Shown here in pieces: positions 40,837 to 51,323 of a stretch of DNA of 64,000 bases. The translations under genes and the position numbers were made by a program. Under the pieces are notes generated by a model, which ran no database searches, was not told where the DNA came from, and saw nothing but the letters and a program-made list of their open reading frames with translations. The stretch lies in the NCBI GenBank assembly GCA_052327205.1, contig CM126234.1:32302001-32366000 (forward strand), read 5' to 3'. Source of the DNA: Somniosus microcephalus (taxonomy: Eukaryota). Within the stretch, counting starts at the first letter, position 1; every line of letters starts with the position of its first letter.

Positions 40837-41323
40837 TTAAACCAAGAGTGCATTAATAATGGCCTCTAAATGCCGGCGGGATCTGTAAGCTACAAGGCCA
40901 CCTGTGTTGGCCCATTTCTCTGTTTCTTTTGCCCCTTCATCGGGCTTTTTGTACTGGAGCTCTGGAAAGCCTGCAGAGCCTCCACCCTTTGGCTCAGTCA
41001 GAGCTTTGGCGAGGTTGACAATCCCCCCTCCTAAGGATTTCAAGATGGCATGAGGGGCACAGGTATCCCATTTAAATGTAGTGTCTTCTGTGAAGACATA
41101 GGCATCTGCTAAACCAAGGATAGTGCACAAGCCCTTGTACCCTGCCCCAGAAGCATAGTACATTCTTTCACCACAGAGAGGAGCTAATGCTTTCTTTATG
41201 TCTTCCTTCTCACTTGAACTCATGACAATTGAGAGTTGGTTGTGGTGTGCAGGAATCTGCTTTGGTACAGAGTGGATATTGATGTCCTGGTAGGAAATAC
41301 CCCAGTAATATTTCCCTCGCCAT
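40837..41323 (-). CDS. INPP1: INPP1 last coding exon (WRGKYYWGISY...FKWDTCAPHAIL...WANTGGLVAY...ALLV*)
   Basis: tttgcag acceptor; stop codon at 40837-40839. Confidence 0.94.
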
Positions 41324-41758
41324 CTGCAAAAAATAAACCCGCATTAGAGGAATAATTTTACACATTAACATACCTAATGAGAGCTACTTGCTTTAAGAGA
41401 TGGCCTCATCACCCCATGGATCTTGCTTCCATCAAATAGCCTTGAACTTGCTTTGAGTGTCAGCTAATTGTGATCTGGAGATGGATTGAAGCAGTCCGAT
41501 GGTCTTCTACAACATGGAAAATGAGAAGAGTATTCTACATGTTGAAAACTTTCCAATCTAATAGATCAAGTAGCTACACTAAAAGAAAGGGACAGGTGTC
41601 CTTAGTTGGTGCTGGTTTTGATATGTTCATCTCAACACCTCTTTGTACAGAGTGCAGTATTTAGATTGGACTCTTACTAATCAAAATACTATTCTATTGG
41701 CCATGCCCATGTGGTATAGCTGGCACCCTTTGGATGCAAATACTGAAAACCAATGTAC

Positions 41759-41930
41759 CTTAAATTGGGGTCCACTTCATTAAATGGTACGTTAATGACT
41801 CCCATGATTGGCTGCCCTGAGTTTCTGTCAAAGACTCCGATAAGTACAGCAGCAGATTTCAGACCATATGTGTGGATGCCATCTTTGAATTTCTCTTCAA
41901 GTTGCCCTTTGATGTACTGATTGGTTGAAT
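41759..41930 (-). CDS. INPP1: INPP1 coding exon 4 (DSTNQYIKG...PIMGVINVPF...)
   Basis: ttacag| ... |gtacat, 172 nt. Confidence 0.93.
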
Positions 41931-42547
41931 CTGTAAACGGAAACATTGCCGTTTAAAAAAAAAATAAAAAAAATAATAAAAAAAATTTAAAAAAATCCTT
42001 CAGCAGAAACCAAGTATAATTAACTAGTACATTTCTTTTTTGTATTTTAAAAAAAAGTGATGTTCCAGCAGTCCAACTTCATACAGTTCTTCGAACTATG
42101 CAGTCCCAGTAAATCTCAGCCAGTTGTACTTTTTTCTTGCTTTTACTTTCTCCCATTAAAATCCCAACTAGGAGATTGGAGTTCCCACAGCACTCAAGAT
42201 AGATTTTTACTTGACCTTCCTCCAGAGGATGTGTTTTCCAGTCACAATAGGTCACCTGGAGGAGGGAAGAGGAGTGAAAGAGTCTCTTTCTGCACTGCTT
42301 GAGTGGGCGCCTTCAAGACGATCAACTTCTTGATTTATCTCCTGCTACTCTTATCCAATCTTGGTGCTGTCCTTCACTATGGGCCTGAGGTCTTCCTCTG
42401 AACTTCTCAAGTTATAAAACAGAATGGGAGTGCTGTATTGACAGTGGTCATGGAGATTCCACAAAATCAAAGACCTCCCCTTCTGAAACCATGAATGCAT
42501 AGGGTGGGAGATTTTTTTTTGTAAAATGGTTAAAAGGCTTCACTTAC

Positions 42548-42748
42548 CAATAGGATCGACCCATATCCCTATAGTGTCAATAGGGATGTCTATAGTTTGT
42601 TTTTGTAAGTCTGGACCATCAATGTGGACATCTTCATGGATACACTTGGCCAGAAGGCCAGCAGCTTTCAGATTCCCATCTAGCACTTTACTCAGCAATT
42701 CTGCGGTCCCTTGCTCTGTTTCGCAGACTCTCACAGTAATGGTTTCGC
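42548..42748 (-). CDS. INPP1: INPP1 coding exon 3 (ETITVRVCETEQGTAELLSKVL...GIWVDPI)
   Basis: ttacag| ... |gtaagt, 201 nt. Confidence 0.93.
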
Positions 42749-43140
42749 CTGTAATGGTTTCAAGAGAACAGATATGATTTTTGCTGGGTTGTAGTTCAGA
42801 GTTGTCCGAAGAATACAAGTGGTGATCTCAATTCAAAGAGATCGGAACAGTCCAGGTGTTTTTTAGTTGGCAATAAAACAAAAGGGAAATACACAAGTTC
42901 TATAACATCAAGATTGTGTACTTGTGATCTGATAGTTGTAGAGTCACTGCAGTGAAACTAGTTTTCTTCTTGGAGAGGGCCTGCAAGCATTCCTGAGATT
43001 CACCCTGTAATAATGAATTACCCAGTTTTGCCAATTAGGATTTAAAAAATTAACTGCAAGTATCAAATTCATATAGTTAGGGTCACTGATTTATTATGAT
43101 GTTGTTGAGCCAGATTGCTGGAATGAAGTTGGAGCTAAAT

Positions 43141-43266
43141 GACATCCCTATTGACACCATAGGGATATGGGTTGATCCTATTTGGTAAGTGAAGCCTTTT
43201 AACCATTTTACAAAAAAAAAATCTCCCCACCCTATATTAGCCCTATGCATTCATGGTTTCAGAAGG
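43141..43266 (+). repeat. Inverted duplicate of 42479-42590 (INPP1 exon-3 end, donor and intron start)
   Basis: gacatccctattgacac...ggtaagtgaagcc...catggtttcagaagg is the reverse complement of 42479-42590 with a few substitutions and small insertions. Confidence 0.92.
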
Positions 43267-44895
43267 CAAGGTCATTATTACACTGGACCTTCTGACATTT
43301 GGTCCAGACCTCCACGTCCGCCAGCTCCCAAAGCAGAAACCCGTTGTTTCCTCCATACGGAGGCGCTTCATTATTACAGGGTGAATAGATGCAGCCGATT
43401 ATGGTTGTGAAATTTATGAACCAACTAGTTCAGGAAATTCCACAAATCCTACGAGCTACTGTTTGGCAACATCTGATTAACAGTTTGTCGCCATCATATC
43501 AACCGATCCGAGATACTAGTGAGACTGTTCTTTTAGAATTTGTTGCAAAATGCCAGTTTTGCAGATTAGATGCTGAATAATTCACCCCCTGCAATCACAT
43601 CGCATTGCCCAGCAAATTAGTCGTTAAAGGGAAAAGCAGTCAACAGCAGATTTGTTGCAACACGACTTCATGTAAACGGCGCCATGACTCAGCAAGACTG
43701 TGAATTATGGCGAAGTAAACTGCCATTGAAGTTACCAACTGCAGTTTAAACACATATAGCCCAGAAATTACATTGCAGCGTTGTACAAATTAATTAAGCC
43801 ATTTATATGCCAATACCATGCCTTGCGATTTCTTTTTAAAGCTTTTAACAGCAGTATTCCAATATTTTCACACTTCAATTACACCATGCTGACGTGGTCC
43901 ATTTAACCGTTAAAGTTGTCAGTGCTCCAGTTAATTTTCTAACTACATGGCGTTCTTGTGTACCCTGCAAAACTAAGGTTGAAAGTTTACGGGTGCTTCC
44001 CGGATGGCTCTAATGAGTAAATGCACTGCCTGGTGTGGTACAGAGCCATACAGATTGGAAAGGTCCCAGGTGCAGACTGTGGTTTGGGTCGAGTTACCCT
44101 GGTGTTATTTGGGGCAGGGGGTGGCGCTACCATTGGCTTCTTCCCATGATGGGATAGGAAATGAGCCAGGGTTACATACGACATGACAGTCCAGCGAGTC
44201 TGTCCCAAACAGCAATGACACAGCTAAACATTGTGATCTCCAGTGTCCCCTCCCACCGGGAGTCATGTAATATTCTGGAAACCGATTTTAAAACTCTATG
44301 CCAATTCAGGAGGAACAAAATCTGGAAAATTCCTCTCTCTCTCGTGATCTAATGTGTCCAGGAGATCACAGTGACCATGAGGTTCTGGTCTTTGTCCCAT
44401 GTTGGAAAGTGTTTGTAATGTTCCTGTGGTCCTGCCTGGGCTCATGCATGAAGAATGGCCATTTGTGGGAGGTCCAGGAGCACTTGTTACCATCAGCAGA
44501 ACTGTACCCCATCGAAACAAGTCAGGATCTTCGGAAGAGGAGGGGAGAAAGTGTACAAAATGACCGGACAAGCAATGTATGCATTTCACCATCAACATCG
44601 CTTTCAAAGTCAAAAATGATGATTGATATCAACAGCCCTTCATTTTGTTCTATCCATTTCTGTGAACTTTGTGAGGTTTTCATCAAAAACAATAAGGAAT
44701 GCCATAGGGGTACCAGCATAAAGGAGTTACTGAGCCTGTCAGTGTGAGGGAGCTGAATTAACGCCAGTGGATACAATCATTCGCCTAAAGCTGATTCAGC
44801 ATCAACTGTGTATGTTACTTCAGCTCCCTCGCACTTGAAAATTTGACTGCACTCTACGTAATTGTGGAATAACTGATAAGCATCTTGTAACGTAC

Positions 44896-44956
44896 CCAAA
44901 CCATTTTCAAACTTATTGGATTCTTCTCCAGCGATGTGAGGTGCAAGTTCTGGAAA
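44896..44956 (-). CDS. INPP1: INPP1 coding exon 2 (FPELAPHIAGEESNKFENGL)
   Basis: aatcag| ... |gtacgt, 61 nt. Confidence 0.92.
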
Positions 44957-45978
44957 CTGATTTGACAGAAAGATAATAACTAAAGTATCTGGAAGTTATG
45001 GGGGATAATTTAATCTCACAATTAATAAAAGCACAAGATAGCCAAGCAATTAGCAGCCAGAATATCAGATTTTAAAAACCAATCATTTACTGTAATAAGT
45101 TTGTATAAGACATCAACCCACTTTCTCTCCAGGCCAGCCCCTAACTGAAGCAGAGGAACAGTGGTGGGCAAAATGGAAGCTCGGTTCTCCCACTCCTCCT
45201 CTTCCCTCCAATTAAAACTAGAGGCGCACGTGAACTCATTCCAAGCATTATCAATGTTTTATTCATTTTTTCTTTTGGTATTTAAAAGTTAGATTTGTTT
45301 TTTTTTTAATAAATTGCTAAAAGAGACTATGCTGTTATTTACAGAGTCCAAAAGATCTCAGCAACATTTGTCGTGTTGGATAGGCCACTGGGACAGTGTA
45401 TAATACAGCAGGCACATTCCCTGATCAAGTGTGATGTTTTTCCAATGGTTGAAATAAATTTATGAATGCCTTTGTTACTTATAGGACATTTTTACTCTAA
45501 GCATCACACATTGTAATTTTAACAGCTTTAAAGTACATTATTTAAATGATCTTTAAACAGCAAATGACAGCACCATCTTTACAAACAGAACTTGTTCTGA
45601 AAGGTTTGTGATAATGACAGACCCTTTCCCTTCCACCTCTCTCCAATCCATTTTTGGGGCAACTTTCTTGCTCATTAAGATGAGGGGTCAGAATATGGTC
45701 AGCTGACTCTCAACAGTGGGAACGGAACATTCTTCAGCTGCCAGCCTAGGATTCTAACTCGAGTCAGGTAAGTTACGAGTCAGATACAATGTAATGCTTC
45801 CATCGCATCACTCAGGGATGTGCCTCGACCCTTGAAGAGCTCTCCATAGTGGCCAAACATGATGGTTCCATTTCTAACACTGCACCTGAGCAAGACTGCT
45901 AAATGAGTGCAGAATTAGAGTGCAGTTTTGTACTATGAGCTCATGTGACTTGGGAACTTCATTGTGATTGCTGATTAC

Positions 45979-46233
45979 TGTAAAGTCTGTGGGTTGTACA
46001 GTTAATAACGACACAGACTTCAGGAGTAACAAACAAACAGGTCTTTACTATTCGAAGGTCAGGGCGAATCTGCCCTAGTTATCCTGCCACAACACTTATA
46101 TACTGGTGTGGTCACTGTCGGTATTACAGTATACAGAAGCCAAACAAGTAGTGCCACACCTGAAGTAGTTCTCTTAAAGGCGAACGGTTACATTCAATAG
46201 TTCCCTTAAAGGTAGACGGGTACATACACTACA
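45979..46233 (-). repeat. 3' LTR (255 bp) of the chimeric element
   Basis: Differs from 50779-51033 at 2 positions; TATATAA and AGTAAA motifs on the minus strand. Confidence 0.96.
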
Positions 46234-46651
46234 ATCCTCCCTTTTTAGCTTATTACTTACAGAGTCCCCGTTAAACATACATATCTTCATATAAAACAAA
46301 TTACAGGTATAATCTCGGTGGAGGCAACGTCATATAAAACAATTTACAGATATAATCGCGGTGGGAACAGTTCACAGGTTCAGTCTCTGCGGAAACAGTT
46401 CATAGATTCAGTCTCTGATCTTGACTCGTTCCGAACAGCATCTCTTTGGTGTAGCCGGTTCACATGGCTAGCGTGACTCCTCCATAGCCTTTTTCTTGAC
46501 GTAACAGCTTGAACTTTCGTCCTGTTGAACCAGCAATGCGGACTTTTACAACCAACTGGCTGTCTTGATAATTTCCGGTTTTTCAACTAATTTAGCTCCT
46601 TTCGTAGTGTCCCGCCTGAGATGGTAGAAGTGATCATATTTTAGACAGTTA

Positions 46652-49600
46652 TTATCTTCTGCTTTTTCTTTTCTGCCTTTTTGAAACTCTCGGAGCTCCT
46701 TTCTCGGCTGCCAGCTGTAGCGCCACCAACTCTCTATGTTCCTTCGACTTTAAGTGCTTCATCCTGATTTCGGCACTTTGGGAGTTTTCATCACAAACTG
46801 GGCAGATCAGATCCTCGTAATATTCAGTGTCACTCAACAGGTCATGGTAATATTCGGGTTCGTCCTGAGTTAGGCCAGCGAGAGGGCCTTCTATTTCCTC
46901 CTTACCCATCTGGACGTTAGCTGACTGTGGTTCCTTCCCTAGCTTCATGCATTCATATTCATCCCGCTCTTCCTGGGTTGTCTCTTTTGAGAGCTCCGAA
47001 CTCCTTCCCTCTGAAGATTGAAGCTCGTGTTCAGATTGTTCCCCCAGCATATGAAGGAGTTGCATATGAAGGAGTTGGCTGACCGTTAACCCTTCCAATG
47101 GAGCACTGTGGATCAGAGTCTTCTCCATTTCATCCACCTTTTTCTCCAATGCTTTCACCTTCTCTTCCTCTTGTACTTTGGCTTCCAGCGCTCGGAGAAG
47201 TTGCGGCTTGATGCTCTCTAGCTCATGTTCAGGGCCCATTCTTACAGTCTCTGTGTTTCTTACAGGTTCCTCCTCTTCCACTGAAAGGATTCCCAGTTGA
47301 ATCTGTTCTTCAAGTCGTTGAACCTCGGTCATTGCCGCCTCATATTTGTCTTGGGTTTCCTTCAATATTTTTATGAGTTCTTGGACATCTTGTCTTTCAT
47401 GTTCTGCCATGTCTTTCACCTCTAAATCCTCATCTATGTATGGAACTTCTACCGATGAGTCTGTCTTGGCCTTGAGCTCATCAAGAATTCCCTGCAGCCT
47501 TTGGACTTCTTGCTCATGTTCAACCTTTAGTTGCTCATATGCTTCCACTGAAACTAGCTTTTCGGAGGTTGCCGAGTCAACCCCCTCCAGAATTGTAGTC
47601 TGGGCCTGTTCATACTGTTCTTTCAACTTCTCACACTCTGCTTGTAAGGAGTCGTAGAGAAGAACTGGAATAAAATCCTGGCTTCCTGAAGATTCCTCTT
47701 CATTTGCTTCTTTCGCAATTTTCTGTTGGCGTTCAGCCAAGGCTGCTATGCTATCTGCCTCTCGAAGTCTCACTGCCATCAAATCTTCTTTATTCTTGCA
47801 GTCTATCTCAGCCATTTTCCGTTTACTTTCATTTAACTGAGTGAGTAGTCCCTTATTCTGGGCTGAGAGATATTGCACCTTCTCATGTAGACCATTGCAC
47901 TCCTTCTCTGCTCGACATAGCTGGTTACCGCTGATTTGGTTCTGTGTTTCAAGTTCCAACATCCTTTGCTTAGCTTCTTTCAGTTTCGCCCCTATAAGCT
48001 CCTCTTGCAACATGGCCACATTATTCTCATCAGGTAAAGAAGCGTTTCTCTTTTCTATGTCCAAGATTTTTTTCTGCATCTCTTTAAGTGCACACTGCGA
48101 TTCAGCTTCTCTTAACCTTGCCTGCACTAGCTCCGTCTCCAATTGCAGAACGAAATCCTCAGTGTAGTGTGGTTTGCCTTTATGCTGTATCTCTAGATCA
48201 TGCAAATATTCTAACTCCTGAACATCATAAGGGAGATGTGATCGGTAATTGGTCATGATGGCTCTATGGTCGCTCTCTGCTTGAGCCAGCAGGTTCTGTT
48301 GTCTTTCCAGGCTCTCCCATTCGGTGTCATAGAACTTCTTCATTGTTTTCATCTCTTGTACGAGACGGTAACTCAATTGTTCTAATTGTTGTCGTAGTTT
48401 GAAATAACGTTGAGTTCGAGCCCGGTGTTCCTCCGTAATGCATATGTCTGTAACTTGAACAGACTCAGAATTCTCTGTCTTTATGCACGCCATCGTTTTT
48501 CCCACCTTAGTCAGTGAGTTCATGTTAACCTTGTTTTTCATACTTGGGCTGGACTTATCGTCTTCCGGCTCAGAGTCTGCGCTGCTTGTCTGCACCGAGT
48601 CCTCACTCGTCATTGCTTGCAGGTAGTGCCATTCCATGTCTATTTTCTTGATCCACTCCCGTCCTAAAAGTGGTGGTCCTCCCTCAGGTAGTACGTATAA
48701 GTTCATTCTTGGGTGTTCTTTACCCCTATCTCTCACCTTGACTCTTATCTTTCCCACGGGGTATACTTTATGCCCTGTGTATGTCTGCAATACGAACTTG
48801 GTATCTCTTAAGGGTATATGTGAGAATAGCCGGTGGTAATCCCTTTGATTTATGACTGATACAGCTGATCCAGTGTCCAACTCCATTTTCACTTGGACTC
48901 CAGCTATTTTTAGCATGACCCAGATAGTTTGTAGGTCAGCTTCCTTACTCACATTATGAATTCTCAGACTTCCCAGCTCCTGGTTGTTTGGGTCTGAGTC
49001 TGAATTCTGTTCGTCTGAACTCTTCTCAGCCACCTTGTGTACCTTGTTGTACTTTTCTTGTGGTGGCTTCTTTTGATCGTTGGTCTTCTTCCCTGACCGG
49101 CATACCTTCGCGATGTGACCCAGTTTGCCACATTTCCTACACTCTTGGTTCTTAAACCAGCATTGATTCTGGTCGTGCGTTGTCTTCCCACAACGGTAGC
49201 ATTTTGTTGTGCTCGAAGTAATTTGGTCCACCCCGAGTGCCGCCGCCTTTAGCTGCATTTCCGCCGTTCCTTTCGCTGCGGCTTCGTGCGATGCAGCTAT
49301 GAGGACAGCCCTGTCCAGTGTGAGGTCGTTTTCTTCCAGTAATCGCTTCTGCGTTCCTTCTTTGGACAATCCGCATACGAACTTGTCACGCAGTGCCTCT
49401 GTCAGATTCCCTCCGAACTGGCAGTATTTCGCTAGCCTACGCAGTTCGACCAAGTATTCCGCATTGCTTTCGTCTTTCCTCTGCGTTCTTGCGTAGAATT
49501 TGAATCGTTCAGCCAGCATCAACGGTGTGGGGTTCAAGTGGTCCTTCAGCACAGCCACAATCTCTTCGAAGGTCTGATCCGCTGGTTTATCTGGTGCTAT

Positions 49601-49771
49601 TAGATGCTTCAAGAGCCCGTATGTTTTTGCCCCCATCGAGTTTAGCAATGTTATCGCCTTGTCGTCTTCCTCTATTTTGTTGGCTTCGCAATAGATCTCT
49701 ATGCGTTCCACGTACGTGGCCCAGTCTTCTATTTCAGAATTAAAATCGTTAATATTCCCTCACTTAGGCAT
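46652..49771 (-). CDS. Gag (2x CCHC), aspartic protease (LDTGS) and a captured coiled-coil/Zn-finger mosaic; in-frame TGA at codon 4 in this copy
   Basis: 1019-aa open frame 49711->46652; upstream ATG CCT AAG TGA at 49771; no RT, RNaseH or integrase core motifs. Confidence 0.88.
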
Positions 49772-49989
49772 CTTTCTTTCCTTGGGAGCAGCACCAGTAT
49801 TTCTTTAAGTATTCTTATTTATTTGTTTATTTCTAAGATGGCGGTTTTTCCCGCGAAATCGGCGGTTTCCCGCTCTTTCCTTCTCTCCCTGCCCACTTCA
49901 ATGGCGGTTTCCCGCTTCTGTCGTCTTCTCCGCCTAATGGCGGCTTCCCGCGTTTCTTCCCTGGTGGAAGGGGTACGCTTTCCCCACAG

Positions 49990-50293
49990 CGGACAGGTTC
50001 AGCTGCTGGGCTGGCTCTCGCACAGCTCCCCTTCCTCGGCTCTGTCTTTTCCTCCCGCCCGCACGGCTCTACCGGCTCTGGGTACACCCCGTTAACGGAG
50101 GACAGTTCAGCCGCTGGACTGGCTCTCGCGCAGTCTCTCTCCCCTTGCTCGGCTCTGTCTCTCTCTCCCACCCGCACGTTCGGTTCTGCCGGCTCTGGGT
50201 ACCCCGTTGGTGGAGAACAGTTCAGCCGCTGGACTGGCTCTCGCGCAGTCTCTCTCCCCTTGCTCGGCTCTGTCTCTCTCTCCCACCCGCACG
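49990..50293. repeat. GC-rich ~115-bp degenerate tandem repeat (3 units) in the element leader
   Basis: acagttcagccgctggactggctctcgcgcagtctctctcccc...cccgcacg at 50102 and 50217; weaker unit at ~49993. Confidence 0.8.
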
Positions 50294-50778
50294 GTTCCTG
50301 TTCGCCTCCCAGCCCTCTCGCAGACCGGTGTTTCCCTCCCCGGCTGCGGCTGGGTTTCTCTTCCCGCGCCTACTCCCAGTCTCAGCACTTCGTGGCTGCG
50401 GTCGCTGCCCGGCTTTTCCCGCCGATCGTGGTCCGACTGTCTCACGACGCCGTTGGACCCGACTTTCTGACCGGCTCCGTTCCCCCTCGACCGTGGTCGA
50501 GTGCACAGCCCTTATCCTCCGGATATTCTCCACACCTTCCCCTACTCACAGTCTCCGCGGCCGCCTTGTTGCCTGCTGATCGGCTCACTCCGCACCGTGG
50601 TAGAAGGGTAGTCAGTGCCTGTTGCTGATGGAAGCTTTTGTTGCTAAAAGTCTTCTTCCTTTCTATTGCTGCAGCCTCGTGTTTTCTCCCAGCAGAACGA
50701 CGAGGGCGGTTGCCTCTCTTCGACGCTCTTAGTTGCTTTGGTAGTCTTGCCGCAGGGTACGATCGGACTCGTCGCCAC

Positions 50779-51033
50779 TGTAAAGTCTGTGGGTTGTACA
50801 GTTAATAACGACACAGACTTCAGGAGTAACAAACAAACAGGTCTTTACTATTCGAAGGTCAGGGCGAATCTGCCCTAGTTATCCTGCCACAACACTTATA
50901 TACTGGTGTGGTCACTGTCGGTATTACAGTATACAGAAGCCAAACAAGTAGTGCCACACCTAAAGTAGTTCTCTTAAAGGCGAACGGTTACATTCAATAG
51001 TTCCCTTAAAGGTAGACGGGTAAATACACTACA
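50779..51033 (-). repeat. 5' LTR (255 bp) of the chimeric element
   Basis: Adjacent PBS at 50768-50777; flanked by TSD ATTAC at 51034-51038. Confidence 0.96.
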
Positions 51034-51119
51034 ATTACAGAAAGGGGCTCTCTATTTGAACCCAGACACATGGTTCGAGTGCAGCATTTCACCCAGCCTG
51101 CCTTTCTGGTACACAGTAC

Positions 51120-51323
51120 CTTTTCCGTAATGTCATTCTTAATCACTTCTTGAATGATGACATCTGCCAGAGTCTTGAAGTCTTGTACAAACTTCTTATT
51201 TTTATCTGGTCCTTTCTTCTCTTCGATCAGAAGCTGGAACAGCGCTTCCTCTCGTTTACAAGCTCGAGCAATATTTGCAGATTTCTCAGAAGCACAGATC
51301 AAGGCGGTTAGGATACTGGCCAT
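51120..51323 (-). CDS. INPP1: INPP1 first coding exon (MASILTALICASEKSANIARAC...FKTLADVIIQEVIKNDITEK)
   Basis: ATG at 51323, donor gtactg. An acceptor (ttaagcag) ~27 nt upstream implies a non-coding exon further 5'. Confidence 0.94.

Larger units (their letters stand above)
45979..51033 (-). mobile_element. Non-autonomous Gypsy (Mag-like) LTR element carrying a Gag-protease-host-fragment fusion ORF
   Basis: TG..CA LTRs at 45979-46233 and 50779-51033; TSD ATTAC; PBS TGGCGACGAG (tRNA-Ser GCT); PPT AAAAAGGGAGGA. Confidence 0.96.
40837..51323 (-). other. INPP1: Inositol polyphosphate 1-phosphatase gene, complete CDS in 5 exons (1125 nt, 374 aa)
   Basis: Exons of 204+61+201+172+487 nt join in frame; family motifs FKTLADV, GEESN, WVDPIDSTNQY and FKWDTCAPHAIL are intact. 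Confidence 0.95.

Noticed and set aside
46652-48500. Cargo as an env gene or as a genuine host EVI5 gene
   Set aside because: No signal peptide or transmembrane segment is visible; it lacks the TBC domain, is fused to Gag-PR and lies between LTRs with a TSD.
49823-50628. Multiple 90-144-aa ORFs on both strands
   Set aside because: GC-rich repetitive leader of the element; no recognisable protein features.
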